From Bacteroidales bacterium (GTDB lineage: Bacteria; Bacteroidota; Bacteroidia; Bacteroidales; JAADJA01), in assembly GCA_021740645.1 (NCBI GenBank), contig JAIOZL010000029.1:1725-65724 (forward strand): a DNA stretch of 64,000 nt. The letters run 5' to 3'. The first letter of the stretch is position 1. Each line of letters begins with the position of its first letter. The notes under the pieces are model-generated. The model was not told the DNA's origin, did no database searches, and worked only from the letters and a program-made list of their open reading frames with translations. This document shows, piece after piece, positions 1 through 9,068 of this stretch. The translations under genes were made by a program, and so were the position numbers.

Positions 1-383
1 TCAGCCCTTCACTACCCTGTGAGTCCTCCACCTTTTCTATTTGGTGGCTCGTTGCCGTTAGCTAATATGGCATCTGCTGACTTCCCGTCCACACGGATGT
101 TCATCCGGGTGGGTCACCCTCTGGAAAATTTACCCACCTTCACTCTTTGATCTTAAAAATAAATTAGTATTTTTAAAATTTATTCAGAGCTTTCAGGTGA
201 GTGTGCTCTGCTTATGCCGGACACACACATGGTATAATGCATGAGGGGTTCAGAGGTTTTCGAAGGTTTATGGCTCGTTAAAAAGCTCGGTGTAAACTGA
301 TAGGAAATCGCTTTGTAATCCCGCACGACACCATTCCTTAAAACGTTGGGTGTAATGCTGAAAGACCCGAAAGAAATTGAGAT
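1..383. other. Unclassified GC-rich, hairpin-dense non-coding segment at the window edge
   Basis: There is no ORF of 60 aa or more, and GC looks clearly higher than in the flanks. Hairpins lie at 21-50 and 89-112 (9 bp plus one mismatch, GTTC loop). A helix pairing 108-114 with 132-138 competes with the 89-112 hairpin. Confidence 0.3.
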
Positions 384-1202
384 TTGATAACAGAAATTTA
401 CATACCGACATTTCCGCTAAGTCAATTCATTGACCACTTTTTCTATTATTCAGGCTACAACCCTGAACATTCGGTCGACAGATTCCTGCCAGACGGTGAA
501 GTTCAAATCATTTTCGACCTAACAGATTATCCAAAATTCATTTACGACAATGATACGCTCAAAGAAATCCAATCGTGCCAGAATGTTTGGTTCGCTGGTT
601 TTCGGACGGAACCAATTACAATCCCATCAGGAAAAGAAAGTGAAATGTTGATTGTTCAGTTCAAGAAAGGTAAGGCATTTCCATTCTTAATTGAACCCAT
701 GCAAAACCTGACAAATTTTGTAGTGGATGCAGAATTAGTTATTAGTCCGAAAATCCTAAAAATAAGGGAAAGACTTTTGGAAGCTACAAACCCATATGAG
801 AAATTTCAGCTATTGGAAAAACAGCTATTGAAAATTTATTTCAATAAACTCAAAGAAAATCCATTTGTTGATTTTGCTGTTTCCACAATAATTGGTACTC
901 CCAAACAATGTAGCATTAAAACTATTTCTGACAAGGTTGGCTATTCCCAAAAACACACTATCAAGCTCTTTAAAGAACACGTTGGAGTAACACCAAAGGA
1001 GTTTTTGAAAGTGATTCGGTTTCAAAAAGCCATCCAACAAATTGAAAATCAAATTTCAGTTGACTGGTCACAAATAGCTTTTGATTGTGGGTTTTATGAC
1101 CAGTCTCATTTTATCGCTGACTTCAAAGTGTTTTCAGGATTTACTCCCTCCGAGTATATAAAACAAAGAGGCGATTTCCTCAACTACATTCCTGTAAAGT
1201 AG
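384..1202 (+). CDS. AraC family transcriptional regulator
   Basis: The C-terminal half has the AraC-type double HTH (GYSQKHTIKLFKEHVGVTPKEF ... GFYDQSHFIADFKVFSGFTPSEY). TTG start, TAG stop. Confidence 0.8.
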   Translation: MITEIYIPTFPLSQFIDHFFYYSGYNPEHSVDRFLPDGEVQIIFDLTDYPKFIYDNDTLKEIQSCQNVWFAGFRTEPITIPSGKESEMLIVQFKKGKAFPFLIEPMQNLTNFVVDAELVISPKILKIRERLLEATNPYEKFQLLEKQLLKIYFNKLKENPFVDFAVSTIIGTPKQCSIKTISDKVGYSQKHTIKLFKEHVGVTPKEFLKVIRFQKAIQQIENQISVDWSQIAFDCGFYDQSHFIADFKVFSGFTPSEYIKQRGDFLNYIPVK

Positions 1203-1275
1203 AAGAGGTAAAATTTTTCCTATCATAAGTTAAATACAATCAGGAAATTTGCCTTAAACATTAAAAGGAAAAAGT

Positions 1276-1683
1276 ATGGAAAATATGATTATCAATCATT
1301 GGGCTGTTTTAGCCTCTGCCATTTTCAATCTTGTATTGGGAGCCATTTGGTATTCCCCAGCGTTGTTTTACAACGGCTGGAAAAAAGCAAACAACTTGAC
1401 GGATGAGGACATTAAAAAATCCAACCTGATAAAGACTTACGGTATCAGTTTTCTGCTGGCTTACCTGATGTCTTACAACCTTGCTTTCTTTTTAGGAGAT
1501 GCGAACACAGACTGGCAGTGGGGTTTAACTGCAGGATTCCTTACAGGTTTTGGATGGGCGGCAGCTATATTTACCGCCATTGCTTTGTTTGAACAGAAAA
1601 GCTGGAAGTACATCTTTATCAATGGTGGTTACATCACTATTTATTTTACCGTAATCGGGTTTATTTTAGGAATCTGGCGTTAA
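1276..1683 (+). CDS. DUF1761-like small membrane protein
   Basis: 135 aa with about 4 TM segments. The N-terminal W..L.....N.VLGAIWYSP.LF motif is typical of DUF1761, from memory. Confidence 0.55.
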   Translation: MENMIINHWAVLASAIFNLVLGAIWYSPALFYNGWKKANNLTDEDIKKSNLIKTYGISFLLAYLMSYNLAFFLGDANTDWQWGLTAGFLTGFGWAAAIFTAIALFEQKSWKYIFINGGYITIYFTVIGFILGIWR

Positions 1684-1693
1684 CAATTGAATT

Positions 1694-2266
1694 ATGGCAA
1701 AGACATCACAGGAAATAGAAAAAGAGTTCATTGACGGACTAAAATCCAATACCGGAAAAGACCTTAAAGGTTGGTTGACGGTAATAAAAGATTGTGGAAT
1801 TGAAAAACGGAACGACATCATCAAATGGCTAAAGGAGAAAAACAACTTCGGTCATATGAATGCAAGCCTGTTAGCGGGCATTTATTTCAACAATGGAAAC
1901 CCTGTTTACGGTAGTGAACAAAACCTCCTTAATAACCAATTTGAAAAATATCAGGAAATGCGCCCATTATTTGAACATCTGCAAAAAGAAATATTAGCGT
2001 GGGATAATTCGATAGCATTTATCACAAAGAAAACCTATGTGTCTATTACCAAAAAGCGGGAATTTGCCGCCATCAATATCAAAAAGGGTGAGTTACGCCT
2101 GGGAATGGATTTGGGTGATTTGCCTTTTGAAGGTATCGTTGAGAAATCAAAATTGACAGGCCCAATGGCGAGAATTTCACATATGGTTGCTATCAAAGCG
2201 CAATCTGATATTAACAAGAATTTATTTCAGCTGCTTGACGCAGCAAATAAAAGAGTAAATCCATGA
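1694..2266 (+). CDS. DUF4287/DUF5655-like protein
   Basis: The N-terminus (TGKDLKGWLTVIKDCGIEKRNDIIKWLKEKNNFGHMNASLLA) resembles DUF4287. The stop overlaps the next start (ATGA). Confidence 0.5.
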   Translation: MAKTSQEIEKEFIDGLKSNTGKDLKGWLTVIKDCGIEKRNDIIKWLKEKNNFGHMNASLLAGIYFNNGNPVYGSEQNLLNNQFEKYQEMRPLFEHLQKEILAWDNSIAFITKKTYVSITKKREFAAINIKKGELRLGMDLGDLPFEGIVEKSKLTGPMARISHMVAIKAQSDINKNLFQLLDAANKRVNP

Positions 2267-3249
2267 TAAAATATGTACTTGAAGCCTGCTTAATATTATT
2301 TCTCTCCACTTTAATTAGTTGTGGAGGAAACAACAAATCAGGAGAGGAAACTAACAAGGTAAATGAACCTGAATATGCCATTGCCTATAATGTGTTGTAT
2401 AATGATACGACAGACAATTATGAAGTTTTCACAATGAACTTAGATGGTTCAGAGCAACAAAACATTACCAATCTATCAGGCGTGGAATGGACGTACTATT
2501 CGTTTAAAGACAAATTGTATTTCATTTCCGACAAAGACACATGTCACCGTTGTTTTTTCCTTTACGAAACCAACTTTAAAGGTGAAAATCCTAAGAAAAT
2601 TAGTAACCTGCAACTTGCAGATAGCTGGATGAGCAGTAGAAAAAATGGTCGGGAATTTATTGTGAAACCAAGTCCGAAAATTGATTCTGCTTTTCACATA
2701 ATTGATATCAATGGGCAGCTAATCCAAAGATTAGAAACTGGTTTACCAAGTTCAGCAGACCCACTTTTTGTGAATGACGGAAAACAAGTAGCATTTAGAG
2801 GTGGAACTAAAAAATCAAAGCGTATAGAAGGATATAAAGAAGAAATTTACCTGATTAATCTTGACGGAAGTGGACTTAAAAAACTTACTAATTACCCTGA
2901 ATCAGATACAACTGCTCCTTGGTACGCATATAAAGCAGGTCCACCTCACTTACATCCAACCGAGCATTTTATAAGCTATGCGAGTTATCAAAATGGTAAA
3001 TACAGTTTATATGGAATTTCACTTGATGGAAAAAAACAATGGAAACTTACTGATAATGCACTATGGGAAGTATACCATGAATGGTCACCAGATGGTAATT
3101 GGTTAGTGACTGATTTATCAAATTCTGAACAAACACAATTTGATATTGGATTATTGAACTGGAAAACGAAAGAATTGAAAATACTGACTGACACCTCATT
3201 TCAGTATCAACAATCTCCGAACTTTGTGATAAAAATGACGACAGAATAA
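2263..3249 (+). CDS. Lipoprotein with TolB/PD40-like beta-propeller repeats
   Basis: Signal peptide with a lipobox Cys (LISCGG). Repeated DGS/SPDG strands (NLDGSEQ, NLDGSGL, SLDGKKQ, WSPDGNWLV). Confidence 0.5.
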   Translation: MIKYVLEACLILFLSTLISCGGNNKSGEETNKVNEPEYAIAYNVLYNDTTDNYEVFTMNLDGSEQQNITNLSGVEWTYYSFKDKLYFISDKDTCHRCFFLYETNFKGENPKKISNLQLADSWMSSRKNGREFIVKPSPKIDSAFHIIDINGQLIQRLETGLPSSADPLFVNDGKQVAFRGGTKKSKRIEGYKEEIYLINLDGSGLKKLTNYPESDTTAPWYAYKAGPPHLHPTEHFISYASYQNGKYSLYGISLDGKKQWKLTDNALWEVYHEWSPDGNWLVTDLSNSEQTQFDIGLLNWKTKELKILTDTSFQYQQSPNFVIKMTTE

Positions 3250-3494
3250 AAAGCACATACGCCCAATAAGAAAGGCTTCGTGTGGCGTAGCCCAACATAA
3301 AGCCCTGTTGCACGGAATCCCACCCTTCGGCTGCCTTTCAAAAGAAAACCTGCGTATGGAAATTAAGATTTTGGGAGCAGTTTACGATGGAATCTTTAAA
3401 GGAATAGCAACATCCTTTGGTAAGGGATCAAACGAAAACAAAAGATCCCGAACAGATTTGTAATAGTTATTTAAATTTGCAAAAAGAAATCATA

Positions 3495-3553
3495 AAACCG
3501 GTGTGGACACCGGTTTTAACCAATATGTAAAAGTTGGTGTCCTCACCAACTTT
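3495..3553 (+). terminator. Twin perfect 10-bp-stem hairpins (3495-3516 and 3530-3553)
   Basis: The sequences are aaaccggtgt-gg-acaccggttt and aaagttggtg-tcct-caccaacttt. They lie 245 nt downstream of the nearest upstream stop and just after a 35-codon ORF (3356-3463). Confidence 0.4.
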
Positions 3554-3951
3554 ATATTTGCTGATCATTAGGTTCCGATTTGTTTTATGAGTAAAAGCAA
3601 ATTTTTAAATCATACTTAAGAAAATCTTGACGCACAAAACATGAGCTAACCTGACCCTAAAGAAGCCGGCTCTCTTGTTATTGGAAGGCCGGTTTTTTGA
3701 TAGCCTGTTTTAATAATTTTAGCTAATTTGGCTTGAACAAATAAAATAGCGAGGCCAAAGAAACACAATTTACAAACCAGAGAAATAAGAGAAGGAGGCT
3801 ATCCCTCATTTCCATGTTAGCTTAAGAATGAATCAATTACCAAAATAAATAGACATTAACATTATGATCAGAAACAAGCATAAATACCTACTTTTATCCC
3901 GTTAACAGACTTAACATAGCCATTAAATAAGTATTCATTATATAATATGTT

Positions 3952-4551
3952 ATGAAAATACCCCTTGTAAAACCACTTGACGGCACTGAAAACCCTGAGA
4001 TAAAAAAGTTGATCGCCTTTTATGATGAAACGCTTGGCTTTTGTCCGAACAGTATAAAAACCATGCAACGAAGGCCAGCTATTGCGGCGGCATTTATTCA
4101 GCTGAACAAAGCAGTGATGGAAAACAAAGGAAAGTTGAGTAGTGCCACAAAACGACTGATTGCTTACATGGCAAGTTATACTGCCGGGTGCCGCTACTGC
4201 CAGGCCCATGCCATCAGGGCAGCGGAAAGATATGAGGGGAATCCTGACCAAATCAATAATATTTGGGCGTACAAATCGCATCCGGCTTTTAATGAAGCGG
4301 AAAAAGCCGCTCTCGATTTTGCTATTGCGGCATCTTCTATTCCCAATGCTGTGGACGATGCAATCGCTCAAAATATCAGAAAATATTGGGATGAAGGAGA
4401 AATTGTTGAGATTCTGGGTGTGATAAGTTTATTTGGGTTTCTTAACCGTTGGAACGACTCAATGGGGACAGAGATGGAAAGCCAGGCTGTAGAATCAGGC
4501 GAAAAGTATCTTTCTAAAAAGGGCTGGGATATAGGTAAGCATCGGTATTAG
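3952..4551 (+). CDS. Carboxymuconolactone decarboxylase / AhpD-like peroxidase-related family protein
   Basis: CxxC-H active-site style motif AGCRYCQAHA in a 199-aa all-helical protein. Confidence 0.7.
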   Translation: MKIPLVKPLDGTENPEIKKLIAFYDETLGFCPNSIKTMQRRPAIAAAFIQLNKAVMENKGKLSSATKRLIAYMASYTAGCRYCQAHAIRAAERYEGNPDQINNIWAYKSHPAFNEAEKAALDFAIAASSIPNAVDDAIAQNIRKYWDEGEIVEILGVISLFGFLNRWNDSMGTEMESQAVESGEKYLSKKGWDIGKHRY

Positions 4552-4604
4552 CCTTTTGTTTTGATTTGCCTTGGATATAAATTCTGAAACAAAATAGTTG
4601 TCGA

Positions 4605-7448
4605 TTACCTGTTACAAACTCCTTTGAAAGAGCAATATTGACAATCTTCTGTTTTTTCAGTTTGCAAAAAAGGAATAGAATCATCAAAAATGGCCGAAAG
4701 CAATTGATTAACAATATTTCTGAATTTTATCATTCCGTCATCAGGAAAAACAACCTCAAGAAAGCCCCCGGATATATTACGCATGGAGATTATCCCTGCA
4801 ATGGTATTATTTTTCTCAACTGACGGCCAATCATAAAGTAATTTATAAAACAACAACTGGAAAACCTTATCGTAACGTGTTTCAGTTAAAAGTAAATCCC
4901 AATCAGATAGTTTGAGTTCTTTTGCTTCCACTTTGCCTGTTTTGTAATCTATTATTCGGTTAACTTTTGTCAAACGGTCTATTCTGTCAATTACTCCTCT
5001 TAATAAAACCTGTTTATTGCTTCCATTCAATTCAAATTGAAAATCAATTGTGAGTTCCTTTTCAAGCCGTTCTATATAAAGATTCTGGGTGGTGGCCATC
5101 AAATCCTTTCGTTCTTTTCTAATAAAATTTAATACATAGGATTCAGCCACCTTTGCCATTAAAAGATTTTTACCAAACTCAATATCTCCTCCCGAATAAT
5201 TTTTAGCGAAAGATTTTTTTATTTCCTGCCTGATGCTGTCAGCGCTTATTGCCAGGTTTTCATGCTGTATCTGACTATTTATAAAAGGCTGATAGATATT
5301 TTGCAATACCTCATGCACCACCGTGCCAAGCGTACTTGCTTCTATAGTTTCTTCAACTTCATCAGCTTCACTTATCCCCATAATATACCTGAAATAAAAT
5401 TGCAGGGAACACCTTCGGTATGCGTTAAGCGCACTGGCAGAAAATCCCCTTTTTGCAATGGAATCCAACCGATTTAATATGTCCTGGTTTTTTTCAACTT
5501 TGATTTCTTTAACCAGGTTAGCTTTATCTTCGTCCAAATGAAGTATCCTGCTATTGATCATAATAGTGGGATTATACTTTGGTAATTCATATTCTATCTG
5601 TCTTACAAATCTACTTACTTCTCCTCCTCCAAAATCGCCCGCTTCGGAAGTATGAATTAAATAAACATTTTCTGCACGTTGCAATAAACGGTAAAAATGG
5701 TAGGCAAAAACAGCATTTCTATCCCGATGAGTAGGAAGTTTGAAAGTCCTTTTTATTTCGAAGGTAAGAATGGAATTATCTGTTGACCCCGCTGGCAAGT
5801 GATCTTCATTTACCGACAACATAATTACGTTTTTAAAATCCAGCGTGCGGCTTTCCAGCATTCCCATTAATTGTACACCCTTTAAAGGCTGGCCATAAAA
5901 CGGGATGATCTCCGACCTTAATAATTGCAGATAAAATCTTCGAAATGTCTTCAAATCTCTTATGTAGTCAAAATCAAGAATAAACTGTTCGAGTTTATTG
6001 ATCATTTTGGAGAAATGGAAAAGATATTCCATACCCAGCTTATTTTCCATACCACTTCCAACTTTATCCACATCCGCTGTCAGTGCAAGCTTTAATCCTG
6101 CCAGTATTTCCCTAATTTGTTGCAGTCCCTGCATGATGTCCTCGGCAAATGGATTAAAAACTGCTTTCAGGGGCAAAGGCAATTCCCCGGGCCATCCAAA
6201 ATAATCAGATAAGTCAGCAAATGACAGAAAAGCCTTATTGGATTGCTTTAGTCGATATAATACACTTTCCGGCTTTAATCCGGGCAGGAAATGGTCAAAT
6301 AGTATCACGGAATAAGGATGGCTTAAAATGCCTATCAGGTCGTTATAATACAGTTTAAGTGGGGTGGATCCAGTTTTCCTGAACCGAACTGCATTTTCGT
6401 TCGTGCTTAAAATTGATTCAAGAAATTGATATAGAGGATTATTTTGTAAACTCAGACCCATTGTAATATTAAAACCGTCAACTCTGGAAGGAAGTGAATT
6501 TAACATAGGTTCCAGTAGGGATTCATCGTTTAAAATGATAGCAGTATGGTCAAGATCAGACGGGTTTTGATCTGCTATTTTATGCAGGATATCTCCAGCA
6601 ACTTTTACCTGGCCAATATTCATTGCCGTCCCCACTATTTCTATATTTTTCGGATTCTTTAACAGATGGGCCTCTTCCCACAGAAATTCTGCATGTGTAA
6701 AAGTCTGCTTATGTTTTCTTAGAAATACTCCGGCTTCCTGAAGATTGTTTTCTGTGTAATATGGATCACTATCCCATAAAATCCGGGCCCTGTTTGTATT
6801 CACCAGTCCTTTAATTATATCTTCTTCTGCACCCGAAAGGGCATTAAAACCTGCAAAAATCAGATTATTCCAGGGCAAGCTGACATCTGACTTCTTATTT
6901 TTTTCAGCGAGTAAACGGTAAGCTAAGCCCTGGTAAGCCTGATTCTGGCTTAATAGTTTTCGTTTTAATGCAAAATATAAAGATTCTAGTGAACGATAGA
7001 ACTGAAGATAGTTTTTCTCAAAATCAGATAAAGGTTTGTTATCAGGATTCCAAAGGGATATGGCCTTACTGTCGCTTAAATAGGTATAAATTTCCTTAGG
7101 TTCAACAAGATAAAGATCTATATCGTTAAAATCTTTAAGAACAACCTCGGCCCAGCGCAAATACTCAGTAAATGCTTCTGCCTTTTCTCCTGCCATCTCA
7201 AGGTAAACTTTATAGAAATCGAAAACGAGCTTTATATGCTGGCATTCTTCTAATTCAGTAAGGTGAAAAACAAAATCTTCAATGGAAAGTACCTCTGGAG
7301 CCCAAATGGGCTTATCAATGAGCAAAGAAAGATTTCTTTTTAAGAATAGTCCGGCTCTTCGGTTAGGCAGTACCACACAGGTTTGGCCCATGTTGTGGCT
7401 ATAATGATCAATTATATATTGAGCTGTTTTCCCAAGGAATGTTTCCAT
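4605..7448 (-). CDS. PD-(D/E)XK nuclease family protein (AddB-like, Fe-S cysteine cluster)
   Basis: RecB-type nuclease motif GVIDRIDRL...IIDYKTGK. One Cys lies upstream (RRCSLQFYF) and a CQYCSFKGVC triad sits at the C-terminus. The ATG at 7448 is preferred over the ORF-track start at 7499, which would overlap the upstream gene. A -7 promoter motif lies at 7465-7472. Confidence 0.7.
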   Translation of the reverse strand: METFLGKTAQYIIDHYSHNMGQTCVVLPNRRAGLFLKRNLSLLIDKPIWAPEVLSIEDFVFHLTELEECQHIKLVFDFYKVYLEMAGEKAEAFTEYLRWAEVVLKDFNDIDLYLVEPKEIYTYLSDSKAISLWNPDNKPLSDFEKNYLQFYRSLESLYFALKRKLLSQNQAYQGLAYRLLAEKNKKSDVSLPWNNLIFAGFNALSGAEEDIIKGLVNTNRARILWDSDPYYTENNLQEAGVFLRKHKQTFTHAEFLWEEAHLLKNPKNIEIVGTAMNIGQVKVAGDILHKIADQNPSDLDHTAIILNDESLLEPMLNSLPSRVDGFNITMGLSLQNNPLYQFLESILSTNENAVRFRKTGSTPLKLYYNDLIGILSHPYSVILFDHFLPGLKPESVLYRLKQSNKAFLSFADLSDYFGWPGELPLPLKAVFNPFAEDIMQGLQQIREILAGLKLALTADVDKVGSGMENKLGMEYLFHFSKMINKLEQFILDFDYIRDLKTFRRFYLQLLRSEIIPFYGQPLKGVQLMGMLESRTLDFKNVIMLSVNEDHLPAGSTDNSILTFEIKRTFKLPTHRDRNAVFAYHFYRLLQRAENVYLIHTSEAGDFGGGEVSRFVRQIEYELPKYNPTIMINSRILHLDEDKANLVKEIKVEKNQDILNRLDSIAKRGFSASALNAYRRCSLQFYFRYIMGISEADEVEETIEASTLGTVVHEVLQNIYQPFINSQIQHENLAISADSIRQEIKKSFAKNYSGGDIEFGKNLLMAKVAESYVLNFIRKERKDLMATTQNLYIERLEKELTIDFQFELNGSNKQVLLRGVIDRIDRLTKVNRIIDYKTGKVEAKELKLSDWDLLLTETRYDKVFQLLFYKLLYDWPSVEKNNTIAGIISMRNISGGFLEVVFPDDGMIKFRNIVNQLLSAIFDDSIPFLQTEKTEDCQYCSFKGVCNR

Positions 7449-7464
7449 AATAGGTCTTATTCCG

Positions 7465-7472
7465 CAAATATA
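7465..7472 (-). promoter_or_regulatory. Candidate Bacteroidetes -7 promoter element (TATATTTG on the minus strand)
   Basis: Matches TAnnTTTG, 17 nt upstream of the ATG at 7448. Confidence 0.35.
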
Positions 7473-7485
7473 AATAATCCTTCCT

Positions 7486-8205
7486 TTAAATGTAACCAAG
7501 AAATTTGGCTGCTACTTTAATTTTATCCGGCTGCCCAACATCCAACCAAAAGGATTCATCATGCCTAAATCCCCCAATCGGGTAGTCACCGGACAACCTC
7601 AAATAGGTCTGTATAATTGAAAAGGTGCCAGCCTCACTCATCAGGGGAAAAATCTTTGGATCAATGATATGTATGCCACTAAATGCTAATTTATTTTCGA
7701 CATTATTTTTTACCCTTACTGATTCGCCGGTTTTTGTATTCTCCCATCCACACAGCTGCATTGCCTTATCAAACCATAAATACCGGGATGTACTCCTTTT
7801 TCGCACTGCCAAAGTTGCGAGGTTATTTGATTTAAGGTGAGCCTCTATAAGTTTATCAACTGAAATATCAGAAATAACATCCACATTATGCACCAGAAAG
7901 GGTTCCATATTGTCAAAAAACCAGGATGCTTTTTTTATCCCCCCCCCTGTATCCAGAAGCTTTTCCGATTCATTAGAAATTTGAATTTTAATTCCGAAAT
8001 TATCCTTGGCTTGCAGGAAGTCAATAATGGCTTTTTCGAAGTGGTGGACATTGATAATAATTTCTTTAATACCGGTAAGAATTAGCTTATTGATTAAAAT
8101 TTCAAGAAGTGTTTTTTCACCCACTTTTATCAGGGCTTTGGGAAGATTATCTGTCAAAGGTGCCATGCGTGTTCCTAAGCCGGCTGCAAAAATCATGGCT
8201 TTCAT
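7486..8205 (-). CDS. Sugar-1-phosphate nucleotidyltransferase family protein (MurU-like)
   Basis: N-terminal MIFAAGLGTRMAPLTDNLPKALIKV signature of the NTP_transferase fold. Confidence 0.75.
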   Translation of the reverse strand: MKAMIFAAGLGTRMAPLTDNLPKALIKVGEKTLLEILINKLILTGIKEIIINVHHFEKAIIDFLQAKDNFGIKIQISNESEKLLDTGGGIKKASWFFDNMEPFLVHNVDVISDISVDKLIEAHLKSNNLATLAVRKRSTSRYLWFDKAMQLCGWENTKTGESVRVKNNVENKLAFSGIHIIDPKIFPLMSEAGTFSIIQTYLRLSGDYPIGGFRHDESFWLDVGQPDKIKVAAKFLGYI

Positions 8206-8377
8206 ACAAAGAACTAAATTTTTGAGGGTTTACAAAGATCCTTCTTCTTTTCAGCCAGCCCTTTACATTTTTTGCAAGTATACCTTGGATCGGGAATCGT
8301 CTTTTGTTTTTTTTTCTTACAAAGAGTTTTAGACATTTATCAATAGTAGTAATAAGTAGTTTATGTAGTAAAAATAA

Positions 8378-9061
8378 TTAAAAACCCGGATCTGAATCAT
8401 CCTGATCAAAAAATAAATTAACACTTGATACATCTTTCATCGACTGCAGCTCCTGTAATAATTCTGATCCCTTTTTTTTGCGTTTGTACACTACATGATA
8501 AAAGGCCTCTAGCTGGTCATCACCGACATTCTTAAGGTTGACCATCCTGTAACTTCTGCAATATTTTTTCAATACTGACCTCAGATTATTCTCATTAGAT
8601 GGATCAGCACCATAAGCTACCTGCAACAGATATTCCTGTTTTTGGGGAGCGCCAAAATTAAATGTAACCAGCACAATAGCAATTACGCTTATAGTTATGG
8701 TAGATGAAATTGCAATTACATGTAAACCAACCCCGGCAGCCATCCCAATGGACAACGCAAAGAATATAAAGACTATATCCTGAACGTCGCGAACGGCTGT
8801 TCTAAAACGTATGATAGACATCGCACCTACAAGGCCAAATGCACGTGCCAGGTTGTTTCCTATTACCAAAATAACAATAGAGGTAATCAGGGTCAGGAGA
8901 ACCAAAGAATTTACATAAGTGATGGAATAACTGGGGCCTTTATAAATGAAACGATAGACCATGGCTATTATAATACCGCAAATAAGGGCTACAATGAGAT
9001 TACCAAAAACATCAAATGCACTTACAGGAAACAGGTCAATATTTTGAAATTCTTCGAACAT
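8378..9061 (-). CDS. DUF4956-like integral membrane protein
   Basis: 227 aa with about 4 TM segments and a soluble C-terminal tail. It sits 7 nt downstream of the VTC-domain gene, which is the usual partner arrangement. Confidence 0.6.
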   Translation of the reverse strand: MFEEFQNIDLFPVSAFDVFGNLIVALICGIIIAMVYRFIYKGPSYSITYVNSLVLLTLITSIVILVIGNNLARAFGLVGAMSIIRFRTAVRDVQDIVFIFFALSIGMAAGVGLHVIAISSTITISVIAIVLVTFNFGAPQKQEYLLQVAYGADPSNENNLRSVLKKYCRSYRMVNLKNVGDDQLEAFYHVVYKRKKKGSELLQELQSMKDVSSVNLFFDQDDSDPGF

Positions 9062-9068
9062 AGTTTAT

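Noticed and set aside
40-170. A cobalamin riboswitch on the minus strand.
   Set aside because: Only partial similarity to the conserved core could be seen by eye. The putative B12 box (AGTCAGCAGATGCC) is two nucleotides short of the consensus and overlaps the GGGAAG element. It cannot be asserted without a covariance-model search.
268-411. A minus-strand 47-codon ORF whose ..YTQRFKEWCRAGLQSDFLSVYTEL.. recalls the YxRFxxWxxxGxW..I motif of IS5-family (DUF4096) transposase N-termini.
   Set aside because: The resemblance is short. The ORF overlaps the well-supported start of the AraC-family gene, and no further transposase sequence or inverted repeats are visible. It is kept only as a possible relic within the 1-383 finding.
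7449-7499. A 17-codon N-terminal extension of the AddB-like ORF.
   Set aside because: It would overlap the stop of the upstream nucleotidyltransferase gene by 14 nt, and it contains the candidate -7 promoter element. The ATG at 7448 (METFLGK..) gives a clean 37-nt intergenic gap.
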